The notes below the pieces were generated by a model that did no database searches, was not told the origin of the DNA, and saw only the letters and a program-made list of their open reading frames with translations. Position numbers and translations under genes: made by a program. From Takakia lepidozioides (lineage: Eukaryota > Plantae > Bryophyta), in the NCBI GenBank assembly GCA_030704615.1, contig CM060731.1, forward strand, positions 20,894,001-20,958,000: a stretch of 64,000 bases of DNA, written 5' to 3'. Below, piece by piece: positions 23,681-35,995 of this stretch; the first letter of the stretch is position 1; each line of letters begins with the position of its first letter.

Positions 23681-26589
23681 ATACGGACGAGGGGATCGGC
23701 GGCGGGGGGAGCGCCACGTGCCGGCCGATGGGTGGAGGGGGATTAGTCACCGCATTGGAAGGGGGATTAGTCACCGCATTGGACGGGGGATCAACCGAGG
23801 GGGGGTACCGGCAACGTCCTGGGGGATTGGGCCGTCGATGGGAAGATGGGATCGACGGCGGGGGGAGCGGCACATGGCCTGTCAGTGTCATCGGCCCTTC
23901 ATTGGGCCGTCGTCCATCCCCTACGTGGGAGGATGGCGGGGGAATGAGGGGCGGATGACAAAGGACATCCATTGTTTGTGAGGTTGGATGGATGCGCAGG
24001 GGATCGACGGTTCGGGGGAGAAGCACGTGGCGCACGGTTAGGGTTGGGGGATCACTCCCGGTCTGCAGGGGGGATCAAGCCAGGTCGGGGGAGCGCGCCG
24101 TGGATGGGACGAGGGGATCGATGGTGGGGGGGGGGGGGGGGGGGGGAGTGCCACGTGGCGATGGACGCGTCATGGGGCTTTCATCCGGGCGTCATCCATC
24201 CCTGCGCGGGAGGATAGGGGGGGGGGTAGGGCCGGATGGCCCACATCATCCACTTAATTGAGGTTGGATAGATGGGGAGGGGATCGAGGGAGCGCCACGT
24301 GGCTGGACATGGGGGATCACTCCGGCCTGGACAGGGGATCACTGCAGTGAGGGGATCCACAACGGGGGGTTGCCACGTGGCTGGAGATCGGGCGGTGTTG
24401 TGGGGTGCCGCGTGGCCAACGGTGGGGCGAGCGGTGCGGCGAGGGTCAGGGGTCCCGGGCGGGGCGTGGGGGGTGAGGGGGGCGCGGGGAGCAGCGGGCG
24501 GGCGGAGGGGTCGGAGGGGGGGTGGGGGTGATTTGACATGGGGCGTCCAGCTCGACGAGACTGCCAGAGCGGGGTTCCGGGCTGTACCTCGTGGGCCGTA
24601 CCCGTCAGCTCACACGCTTGCAATAAAATCAAGCCACATCCATATTGGGGCAAGTAGCATTCTACGACTTTTTTGTCCTTTGAATGAGTTTACATATCGG
24701 TATGGAAGTGAAATTATCCAAGCTTCAATCAACCTTCAAAGAAAGTCCTATGTTTTCAAATTTTTTGAAGATGCAATGTTGGGTAAATGCCAAGCTAACT
24801 TATGCCCCACAATGTCCAAAAATTTCTAGAATTACAAAAATCACTTGCAAGAAGCGGCTGGCATCTGGCTCCTCTTTGTGAATAGTGGCATATACTTCCA
24901 TCCATAAAAAACTTAAAAAGTCATCCATTTTTTTCTCATAAGTTGCTCAGTAACAGAAATGCTACATGAGGGAGGTGTTACCTAGACAAGGCACATCAGG
25001 GAGGGAGGGTTTTCAGCAAAGGAGGGAAGGTGACACCCGAGGAAGGCACAACAGGGGCTTAGCAATTTTTGACACACTGATGCGTGGTCTCCTCTTTGGT
25101 GTAAGAGGACCCAATACTATAGGGCCCCATTGGCAATTAACAGCGGATTCCCAGCCCCAAATCGTGAGTGCTTTGTGGGCTGAAGTTCGCCCACGTAAGT
25201 TAACTAGACATTTTGGTTCTGTTTTTGGAAGCATTCCAGAACATCTACTGATGCCTGTGAACATTCCCCCAAAGGCATTCCGGCCGCTGGGGAGAGTAAT
25301 ACGTTGCCATGAGGCGGCGAGCAGCGATGAGACAGCACCCACCAACGAAAAAATTTCATCGGATTCCATTTGATCCATGTCTCTCTTCATCACTCCACAA
25401 CTGTGGGGAAAGATTCTGGTTTTTTCACGAGGATTCGCTATTCAGATTCCGTGGGTCCCATGGATCTCAGCTCGCGTGCACGAAATCGTTAAAGTTCGTT
25501 AAGGATGTAGCCACTAACTCGGCCAGGACTGCAATCGTGTTGACTACTTTTCTCTCAACAAAGTTGTGGACCTTACGCTTGCAGGAGGGTGGTAGAAGTT
25601 GAAGGAAATGGTGGAGGTGTTTGGCCCACCTCTGAGCTAAGCTACCCCCTGTGGGTTGGCCTCTTCTTGGAGACAGAAAGTCGCTGTGGTTCGAGGTTGG
25701 AAAAATTGTGTGAAACCGTTCTGAATTTGGAGTTTCAAGAAAACAAGGGAATTTTGGCCCACTGGTGAGCCAATTTTCCAACCCATTTCTCTCTTTCTCT
25801 TGCTGGATCCAGGAATTGCGTTTACTTTGTAAAGGGCTGGTGTCAATTTGTCAAACGAAGTCCAGTTTCAGGCATGCTTCCCCCCCTTGTTTCTTTCTGT
25901 TGATCTGCTTCAGGGGTCGCTGTTCCTATTTCGCCGTAGTCTCAGTTTGAACCTCAAGTTATCTGATCACATTAAGCTTACCAGTTCCCACCTCAATTTA
26001 CGACGTTCAGACTATGGATACGTGCCTGGAGGGTATGGTCAAGCAAGTTTTAGACGGTCTTGGATTCTCTTAAAGTTCAATTCGTCAGTGATGTTGTTAG
26101 CGTCACGCCTCGAAGGTAGTAATTGCTTAACCTCAAAGACCCACATCTCTGATTTATCAAGCGTTCCTCGATCTAAATTGTCAGACATTCATGGCCGTAC
26201 TTTCTTCAGATGTGTCGAATCAAGTGTTAATTCACCTTCTCTTAGGGCATAGGTATTTTATGGATTTGTCAAGAATACTGTATTTGCTTGCAAACCAGTG
26301 GATTGGCGTGGGAGAAAATTTTGAGAGAAATTGTCAAAAATGTCGGACTGCTGTAGAGGCCACTTATCTATGGTGGTGGTGAGTGTATTTCTCCTCAAAA
26401 TCTCACAAACTTCAAAGTCCAGTAGGTCCGAGTTCCCCCGGTTCATGTCTTTTCATTCACGTGAAGCAAACAACTAAAAGCATTTGTAGCCTCTACATTC
26501 TTGGAAGCGTGATATATTGAGTTTAAATTGAGGTACACTTACAGATAGTGGAATATTCTATCCTACATCCCTATCTCTAATTATAAGCA

Positions 26590-27281
26590 AACAGGCTAAG
26601 TCCTGGTGGAAGAGAGTAGAAGAAGGATCTGAATCTAAGCCCGCAAGTCTTGACCCTGCTGGATAAATCTGACTTAGAGGCTGTAGTGTCCAGAGCCATG
26701 TCTGTTGCCAGGAAATTTTCTGTCGAAACTGAAGTCAGGCAGAAAGCTTCCCTGAACTTGTTTCCAGTCTGTGACATGGGAGAGGCCATCATGGATGACC
26801 TCAAGGGTTTACCCACCCTAGGCACTAGACTGAAATTTAAACTCAGGCTGGGAAGCCTACCTTTGAACAGCAAACAGATGCAGAGAGGAAAGAGGGATTG
26901 CAATTGCCCGTTGTGTGGGCGACCTGAAGACAATATTCATTTTCTGATTCATTGTCCTCGGTACTCTCATGAGAGAGACGCCCTCTTCGAATCCATCAAG
27001 GGAATTGTGCCCGACCCTCTGTTTACCAATTTTGAAAGTCTCAAGGCTGAGCCAAAAGCCCAGGCCCTTTTGGGCCTAGTAATTGGGCAAACCACACACA
27101 GCAGATTCATGCTTGTGTGAAGGGATTTCTAGAGGATATCTGGAAAACTCGGATTAATAGTCTGTCATACCACTGGTGTCAGCCCCTGACAAAGGTAGTT
27201 TCTGTCCCTTTGTGTTCCGTTCAATCTGAGTGCGGGGTCAATGGCCACAAGGCTACGGCAAACAACGTCTTATGAGTACAT
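26590..27281 (+). mobile_element. 5'-truncated LINE copy (ORF2 C-terminus with CCHC + 3'UTR)
   Basis: ORF 26650-27120 [32 protein letters not shown]; 3' end CTTATGAGTACAT; TSD TCTAATTATAAGCA (26576-26589) / TCTAATCATAAGCA (27282-27295). Confidence 0.9.
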
Positions 27282-27963
27282 TCTAATCATAAGCACTTGA
27301 CTTGGTGCAGAAAGTGTTGCCTAGGTTGTTCTCGGTGTTTTGCTCTTTTGCCTGCTTGAAGACAGTCTAATTTTCTCCACTCGACCCCTCTGTCCCTCAA
27401 TCTCTGAAATTGACCCATGATGTCTGCAATATTTCTATTCAGTTCCAGTCTCCTTCTTTGCTGTAACCAGGTTTGGCTTCGTGTGACCCCCATGGGCTGA
27501 TTTTATACGGGTTGTGGAGGGTGCAAACCCCACGGGGCCATGTCACCAATGCCAATCTTTAAATATAGTGTATGCCTCTTAGAACCCTCATCCTCTAATG
27601 CTTTGCTCATCTGAACGCACGAGCTGAATGTCCTGTCTACCCCTTGGATTTCTTCCAGTTCTGACCTCTCTTGGGGTGTAAAATTGGGGGTGTTTGGAAG
27701 TACTATGTCAATCTTGGCTTTCCTGTACTCGATTATGTTACAAACCTTAATGCGCCATCTCTCCCAACTAAGCTTTGTTGTTGGATTCTCAAATATACAA
27801 CATTTGCACGTAAGGCTCTGATGGAAAATTTTATGCATGGCTTCTTGACAGGACGCAAATCATGTGGGCTTCCAGCAAGATAGTTCAATATGCGATGCCT
27901 GAGCTTGAAGGATGCCACCTGGCTAAGAAACTGATTGGAGTATTGTGCTAATATTGGCTCCAA

Positions 27964-30900
27964 ATGGGGCAGTGGAACTCAACACCTTCCACAAAACCTG
28001 AAAGCTTGAATGGAGGACATGCCAATGAAGAGGCAGGGATGCAGCCTATTATTTGTGGGCCCTCTGAGGCACCTTTGCATCGCATAGCTATTCTGAGCTA
28101 TGGCATGGGCCACATGCTCAATGATCTTACGGCAGCATGTTGGTTCAGTTACCTCCTTATTTTCCTTACAGATGTTGGATTGTCCCCAAGGTAAATTAGC
28201 ACTCCTCTCTCTGATCTCCAAGGCATCCGACTTCCTGCTATACCCGCATAGTCGCGAATCAGCCACTTGACCTGCATAGGAGGGTGCACTCTTTGGCCAG
28301 TCATTGAGAGTCTTATCAAAATGACATTTAATTCCTGATTTGTGGTTGCTTATAGGATTGACAAGGGATGTCTGTGCTCATGCAGGGAGGCAGCCACTGT
28401 GTTGCTTTCAGGCCAGTTGGCAGATGGAATTGCCACCATTATTGTTGGCCAGCTGGTATGTATTGTACACAACAGACTAGTATCCCTTCGCAAAATACAT
28501 TTTAGTTGTGTGAAAAAGGAGAAGGGAGAGAGAGAGTTGAGAGAACAATCTACCTTTTCATCCTCAAGCAGAAACATAGATAGCAGTTATATAACGTGAA
28601 TCAACTCACAAAACAAGGAAACGAAATAGAAGACATAGAGCTAAGTAGATCTCAGCTAAATAGTCTCTGATCCATCTCTCCAACCAGCTAAGTGCTGTAC
28701 AGGAATTTTGAGCAATCGAGGAAAGCTTGGTGTTGCCTCAAGAACTGCAGACAGACCTTCTCTTCCAACTTCAAATATATTAATCAGTGATGTTGTAAGC
28801 CAGAAAGCAGTAAAGATAGGGGACTCGGGGAGTAGTAAAACAGAAGATGATACGGGAAAAGCCTTCCTGCATGCACTTTTATGCCTTGGTTCCGTGAAAT
28901 GTACTCAAACAGCTTTATGGGCAGATTGATAAGTTTGGACATTTCAAGATATGGCATGGTGGTGGATCGCTTCTGGTGGCTGTTTCTTTCTCTTCTGTGT
29001 TTGGGGGTTGCATGGCATGTTCCCTCCTTGGAACCAACTCAAGTATTGCACGTTCGATTGGATACAGTACTTTTGCAGCGATTTTCAATATAGGCTGGGC
29101 AGCCACCCAAGTCTCTCACATGTAATTTTTTCAATCAGCCATCAACCTTGTAGGATTTCTGTAGAAGAATGTTTTGGCTGATTCAAGGTTTCACTCTCTT
29201 TGCGCATGCGGTGTTTCACCTCATTCCTGTATCAAACTTACGGACAAAGTCAGTGAACACAGGTTTGAGTGGATCTGTTTGTCAGGAAGGATCTCACTTT
29301 GTCCACTTGCAGTCTGGTGTAGGCTCTGTTCCCCTATCTATGTTTTCTGGCCCAGGTGTTGTTGTGGAGTTTCCTTGTCTGCCATCGATGTTCTTGGTGA
29401 TGCAGGCACTATTGGTTCATGCTTAGGAGAGAGAAGTACAACTTGCAACGGTTTCTTTTTCTCCTGATGAAGTGATGTTGATGGTGACAGGTCATTAGTC
29501 AATTGCATTACAGCCAACTCAAGTAGCCGCGTTGCTCTTAACAGCTGCCGAAACGCCTTCACCATGGTTAGTTTCTCACTTGAGGACAGGCTCAGTTTAG
29601 AAACACAAGTTTTGCATGTTCTCCCGCTTGAAAAGTATCTGGCAATGAGGGGTCCTTTCCTAAAACAGAGTTTTATTTGCTCTACCATGCTTTCGACATT
29701 TGATGAGAATTAGCAAGTTGGGGCTATCTCTGGATTACCAGAGAATTTCCCTATGAATGTATAGCATTTGGCTATGACTGAGGAGTAGCTTTTTATCTCC
29801 AATTCAGATGTCGAGAATCGTATGCAAGTGCATATATATCTGAGACAGCCTCATAGATGTTCATGTAATTCAGTTGTTCATGTCCTTACATACTAAAGTG
29901 CAGTTTCCCTTCTGGATACACCAATTTAATCATATTTTGGCATGCTTTCAGGTTGCAAATTTGGGCTTGTATGCAATAGCTTATGTGGTCTTTCTGATTT
30001 TTCCCTCCAAGCATCCATGCGATGTTCAGTACCAGGTATGGATATTGCAAAGTACTGCTTCTGTTTGAAATCCAATGTTACGCCTTCTTCCATAGGTATG
30101 AGGACAAGGGTTGCTGGCGGGGATATACTATCATTGGTTTGTGGATGTAGTCTTGTGACCGACCCTGAAATAAGTACTTGAGGTTGACAAAGATTTCTCA
30201 GAGCCTAATTCCCCTTTGCAAGAAGAAGAAGAAGAATTTGTTACAGCCACATGAGGCTCAGAGGTTTCGTGGGACAGAGAGGGAAGAATGAAATGAAATG
30301 GTGCTTTATAACGTCCACGGAAAGCTCATAGAGCTTATGGGACAAAATGGGAGAGAGAATGATGTGAGATCTTACAACGCTCACTAAAGCCCGAGGAGCT
30401 TCAGGGTCAATGGAAGTAAGAAATTAAGAAAAAGAAAGTAGAGGGAGAGAGAGAGCATCTGAGCAAAGATAAATGATTTCTTTCAACAGTATAACTGGAT
30501 TGCGGGAGTTGCAATAGCAGCAGGCAGCTGCTTTGTGCTAGTGTTTCTCATGGGAGTGAAGGAGCCAAGGCTGCGACATCACAAAGAAGTATCCAAAGAG
30601 AGCAGTATAAGAGGGACATATGAGATGTGGTTCCACAAGCTGTTATATTACCAAGTGGCGGCCGTTTACACACTCACCCGCCTCACCACCAATGTGTCTC
30701 AGGTGACCTTGCAATTCATGGTTGTGACTTGCATTTGGATGAAGACATCCAATGCTTGATTTTTAATTCTCAGCTATATCAGCCTCTTTGGATTGTTTTC
30801 CATTCCAACTCTGGTTGTCAAAGGCATCTATACTGCCCTTGGGTCATTTCAGTAGACAAAAATTTCTCCTGGAAGCTACCTCAAATCATTCAAGGCAGGT

Positions 30901-33900
30901 TGATAGGCTTTGTACTTTACAGTTTATGATATGGAAAGGCATGCTTCACCAAGTGATGTATCGGTGCTATAGATGACTTCGAGGTTTAGGAGTGCTCCCT
31001 GATACGGAAAAACAGAATAGATTCACTTAGGCAACCGCAGACAATGGCAGAGTATCGATAAATTGTACTGGTTTGAATGGCAGGCTCTTCTACCGTTCTT
31101 CCTCATTGATGATATGAAAATGGGGGAGTCGTCCAAGGCTGTGGTAATTATCTCTCTCATCTCGCTCCTTTGGGCATTATATCTGGTTGAAGATAGTGTA
31201 AGGTCTCAGGGGATCCTCTTGAAGTGGCCTCAGAGATACTACTGTCTTCCTAGAGACTGCTCATCCTTATCAGAGGCTTTCATTGGCGAGGATCCAAATA
31301 CATCACAAGCCACTGTCTTTGGGTGGCAATTTTGATTCTTGCGATCCATTAGGTCTTCCCACGCTTCTGTTTCATAAGCTCTTTGAGCTTCCTGTGGATG
31401 TCACACCTGTCTCCTCTCTCTCTTTGATTAGTTGTTAATATCGCCAATTACATTCTGCCATCAGGTGTGATTATTCTGGTGTGTTACTAATTCAGACCCG
31501 TTTCTGAAGTTCTTGACGTAGTAAAATTCACTTTCCATACTTTCCATGTGTGGTTGAGTACTGATGAGAGGTTGAGGGGATGCACAGGTCCCAGCAATGA
31601 TCTATACGTGCAGCTTCTTGACGTCTGTTGTACTTCAGGTATCATCCAGTGTTCCTTTTTCTAATTGGTCTAGTCTTTGCCATTCATCACTAAGCTTGGG
31701 ATGATCAGCCACAAGTAACTGTTTGCAAGCAGGAGGTGTCAGGCACAGCAGTGTCTCGTCATTGTGTTCTTGTTGCAGTGAGAATGACATCATGGTGTTA
31801 GAGTTCATTGCCAGACTTGCACTTGTAGGCAACACTTCTGGTTTTGGCAAACTTTTGCACAGGTGGTGAAGAGATATTGACCCCTGCAAAAGATATAAAG
31901 GTAATTTAGGGGGGAATAGGATTGATTCACCATTCTAGAGTATGGGAGGTGGGCCTTGTAACCACATTGGTGTGGATCATAATGGATTTGTGGCCATGGC
32001 ATCAAGCGGCCCACTGTGGATGTAGCCATCTCTCAAGGGAACCCTCCCTGGATATCGGCCATGTTTACATTTGGTATGCCTGTGTTCACCCCATTAGCTA
32101 CAAAGTTACCATGAAATGAGCGTGCATACGTTTATTATTTCACCTAGGATAAAGTTGGGAAAAAAATATCCCTTATAAGGGAGCAATAAACACCTGGAGC
32201 GAAGTGATAGATGCTTATGAATGAAGTAAGGTTTTTTGATATAATAGTAGAGGTATGAACAATCAAGTTCCTGAACAATCAAGTTGTCCAGCGCACCCTT
32301 TTTTATTTTCAAAAGCATGACAAGTGACTATTTCCCTCCAGACCTTATGTAGTTTGGCACAATAGCTAATTACGGATGGCACCAATTCAGCTTCAAATTC
32401 CTGGAGATTCTTGTGAGGAAGCTAGGGATGGAAATTTCACCAGTACTTTGCTTGTTCACTTTTGGCAGGAGCTCAAATGGACAAGCTTTCAGCTCAAAGT
32501 GGTGTTCACCATGGGGGCCAGCCTCTGGGGGTTGTCAGGAGCTATTTTTCTCCTCCTTCCCCCTTCTCTTCACTTTCCTATCTACCTCTTATCAGCACTT
32601 GTTGGAATCGGCAATGCCCTAATGCTGGTGAGTTTACTATGGAGCTTTTCTGTTACTCTTATTTTATCCACAGAGGTGTTGAATTTCGTCCATTAATTAA
32701 ACAGTCATAGTGACACAGGGAATCCCGCTAGCCTCTTGTGATCTTTGGATCGTTCAAGTGCACATTTGGTGCTACTGACAACATTACATAGTCAAGAAGA
32801 ATGACGACAGCTGGGGATAGTGTAAATTTCACCTAACCACTTGTGAAAGCTACTGCCTCTTGTTAGGAGGTAGCTACTTTCTAACTGCCACTTCCGGTGC
32901 TTGGGGAAATCTGAGCATGGACCCAGTGAGCTTGACAAGGGGTTCCATTGGAATTCTTGGATGGAGCAAGGTGTTTTCTCCTTGTAGAGACTTGGACAAC
33001 CCTAGGTACTTATATCCCATTGCCCAGGTGGTAGATATCAATTCAGCAAGGCAAAGAACCCTTGCACTTTTGGGTGGACTCCTTGTCAGGTCCTGTTGGA
33101 AGCTGGATTAGTGGAATTATCAAATGATTAATTAATTTTGCTAGCACACAGGAGAGAGGGACAGAGGTGGTGGAGTGCTGAAAGATTTTTGTTCAAGTAT
33201 GATATGAGCATTCATAATGGCACAGGACCTCAGAAAAAAGATAAATTTGCTATGCTACAGGTCACAGCAATAAGCATGGAGGGGGTGCTGGTCGGAGAGA
33301 ATCTCAGTGGATGTGCTTTTGTCTACGGCTCTTTGAGTTTTATGGACAAACTGGCTTGTGGAATCGCTCTCTACATAATTGAAGCGTTTAATGGTAAAAT
33401 CTATAGCTCTATGTACTTTTAAGTTCTCTTTTGCAGCAAATGTGTCTATGGACCCCCTACTGATATTGAGTTACTTCAGTCTGAGTCCAAGGGGAATTTC
33501 CAGTACTAAGATTTGTCAATGAGAGGACGGCCCACTACTAGAGGAGTACATGCAGCTTGTACTGTTCTTGCCTATTTCTCCCCACCTCACAGTGTCTCTC
33601 ATCTCCTCTTTCAAGCAGTGGTTAAGTCTCTCTACTGGAGTGAGCCCCTCACACAGATAGTGTCTGTTCCCTCTTGTTCCCCCAAACTGCGCGCAGGGTC
33701 TATGGCCACAAGGTTTAACGTGGAAGGCTGTATAGGAGTGTTCAAAGCAACATCATGCTTTTCAAATAAAAAAAGTTCAAGAACCTAAAACATCCTCAAC
33801 CCGGAAACTAGAGTGCTATTCACTGAGCGCAGGGGCATGCAATTTCTGGTGATACCAGGGGAAGGCCCAGCAGATTACATCAAAAGTCATAGGGGAGTGT

Positions 33901-34282
33901 GTTTTGAGACGTCTTTCTGTGTGCTTGCCCACAAGTCTCTTCCTGTTTCTACATGAAAGATGTCCGTGAAGGAGTACATCATACTTTGCATATCTTGTAT
34001 GAGTACATATTCCAGGTTGTAGCTTTGACTAACTGTTTGTTGGTCTGATTTTCAGTTCAAACACGGTCATGCCCTGTCGGCAGCAATTTGTTAACCTTTC
34101 CAGTAACATGTCACTGCTCCCTCATTCGCCTGGCACTGGCTTTGGTCCCCAGTGGTTGTGCTCTGGTAGCAGCGGTTATAACTTGTGCAATGACTTTGGA
34201 AGAAGAGAGGTTTATGGGTGAGGATCTCAACACTTTACAGGCACCATTATTAGTCTCCATAGGGGATGCTGAGGATACTTGA
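27964..34282 (+). CDS. Major facilitator superfamily transporter, MFSD12-like (11 exons)
   Basis: Exons ~27964-28190, 28386-28455, 28925-29121, 29491-29566, 29952-30035, 30490-30702, 31084-31143, 31588-31638, 32469-32627, 33261-33393, 34056-34282. They encode YGMGHMLNDLTAACWFSYLL..SGQLADG..FAAIFNIGWAATQVSHM..YYQVAAVYTLTRL..GCAFVYGSLSFMDK. Confidence 0.92.
33640..33715 (+). mobile_element. Degenerate 3'UTR fragment of the LINE family
   Basis: GAGCCCCTCACACAGATAGTGTCTGT...GGGTCTATGGCCACAAGG matches the 3'UTR of the other copies. Confidence 0.55.
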
Positions 34283-35995
34283 GCAAGGATTCAGGCGGTA
34301 CAGGCGGCACCAAGAGGAAGCCCTGTCATCCTGGAGGAGGTTTTCATATGCCATGATGGGGAGGTTAGGATCCATTTGCACCCCACACCATTGGTTAGCA
34401 TGATTTGCTTGTGACAGCAATTTCAGACTCTAGCATGTCATAATCACTCATGGATGTACAACTTCAGTCAAATTGGACAGGTCAGTTGCTTTGGAGATGG
34501 TTGGACTTCGATCTCTTGCAAGGTATCTTTCGCCAGACAGTGCCTGTGGAGACTTTCACTCGGGGTGTACACAATTGACGAACATGGACCAAGCATGTGT
34601 GTTGACCTCTTGTCAGCAACACTGCTCCAATCATTCTTGCAGTATAGAATAATCATGTACCTAGCAACTTCATTCCACCAGCAGGTCAGTTCTGTCAACA
34701 AATGTTGACAGCTTTCTGCATAATATGTACAGATTTCCTTTGAACTTGTTATCAGAGACTAATGAATTTCGCAATGGATCCAATTGTTGGTACTTTCAAA
34801 TTTGTCAGAAAAAGTGCTCAGTGCGTGGGTGACATACCAGATGGAGAGATGATATGATACACTCCTGGTGAGAACAGATTTGATGTAGACAAGGGTCAGC
34901 CCAACACTGGAACCTACAGATCATGGATTGTGGAGAAGAAAAGCAGACTCAAAAAGTTCATCATTTAGCACATTATCTTGGTCAGGGCGACCCTGCTTAC
35001 TCCTGAGGTAAATATTGCTGGACAAAAGTGGTGCAGCTTGAAACTAAGTACGTACTAGCAACTCCATAGGTACATGAAGAGGCTATCAAGCAGATGTTGC
35101 ACGAAGTCCAAGTTAAGACCTAAGCTAATGTACTATAGAGAGTGAGGTGGTGTTGTCAATCACTTCGTCTGAGACCACCAAATTCATCATTTGTGGCAGT
35201 ACCACTCCCTGCAGACTTTCTCAGCTCCTGTGTAGATCACATCTATACTAGGCGTCGAATAATGGGCATTACCATTATACAACTTAATCAACTTTGTCAA
35301 CTAACAGAGTCTAACAGAAGCATCACCATACCTAACATCTCAACAAAAAATTCCACTACTGCGTCTCTCTGCAATTAACTTCAAATCTTGATAAGACGGA
35401 TTTTTGTCAGAAACTCTTGACACCACACTAATTGCATGCTAACAGAGTTGAAGAAATTGACACACATCACAATTCACTTTACTCAGTATTATTTCTCTTC
35501 CCCAAACAGAAGCACAAGCCATATTAATAGTCCATGGAATCAAAAGACAGCCCATTGCATAATATGTGAGCCGGGATAAACAATCATGCTAACTTGCCAA
35601 ACTGGAACCTCAGGAGTGGGTCCCTCTGTATTCATGTGTGCTGCTATAATATTTCATATCATAAAAGAAACACAGAGAAGTGAAAAATAGACAGTGAGTA
35701 GTAGCCTAGGCAGTTCGAATTATGTTTTTCTTGGCCCTTGTCAACTCATGCATTTGACAAGAGTGACCCAGATTTCTTGTACATACAGAAAAAACCACAG
35801 AATGGGAGGGCACGATACCAAGACAAGGAGATCAATGTCACTTTCAGGTTTAATAGGACACCCCACACCATTTCAAGACAGAATGAGAAATGAATTAGTG
35901 AAGAAGATGGGGATAAAGGCTACAGGCTACATGGAGAGATAGTGGGACGAATGGTAGTTGAGGAGGAGAAAAGAGAAGAGAGTCTCCAAGATGGT

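Larger units (their letters stand above)
16074..24649. mobile_element. Large Mutator-like (MuDR-type) element with ~0.8-1 kb TIRs and two convergent genes
   Basis: Left end CCCAATATGGATGTGGCTTAATTTTATCGCAAGCGTGTGAGCTG matches the revcomp of the right end (...CAGCTCACACGCTTGCAATAAAATCAAGCCACATCCATATTGGG). Inverted homology runs ~16074-16875 vs ~23688-24649. No TSD found. Confidence 0.88.

Noticed and set aside
16060-24665. Target-site duplication for the large MULE
   Set aside because: Flanks (CTCCTTTCCCGGT vs GCAAGTAGCATTC) share no 8-11 bp repeat; exact termini are uncertain by a few bp.
24966-27963. Assorted ORFs between the MULE and the MFS gene
   Set aside because: No recognisable homology or consistent exon chain; probably the MFS 5'UTR/intron plus decayed repeats.
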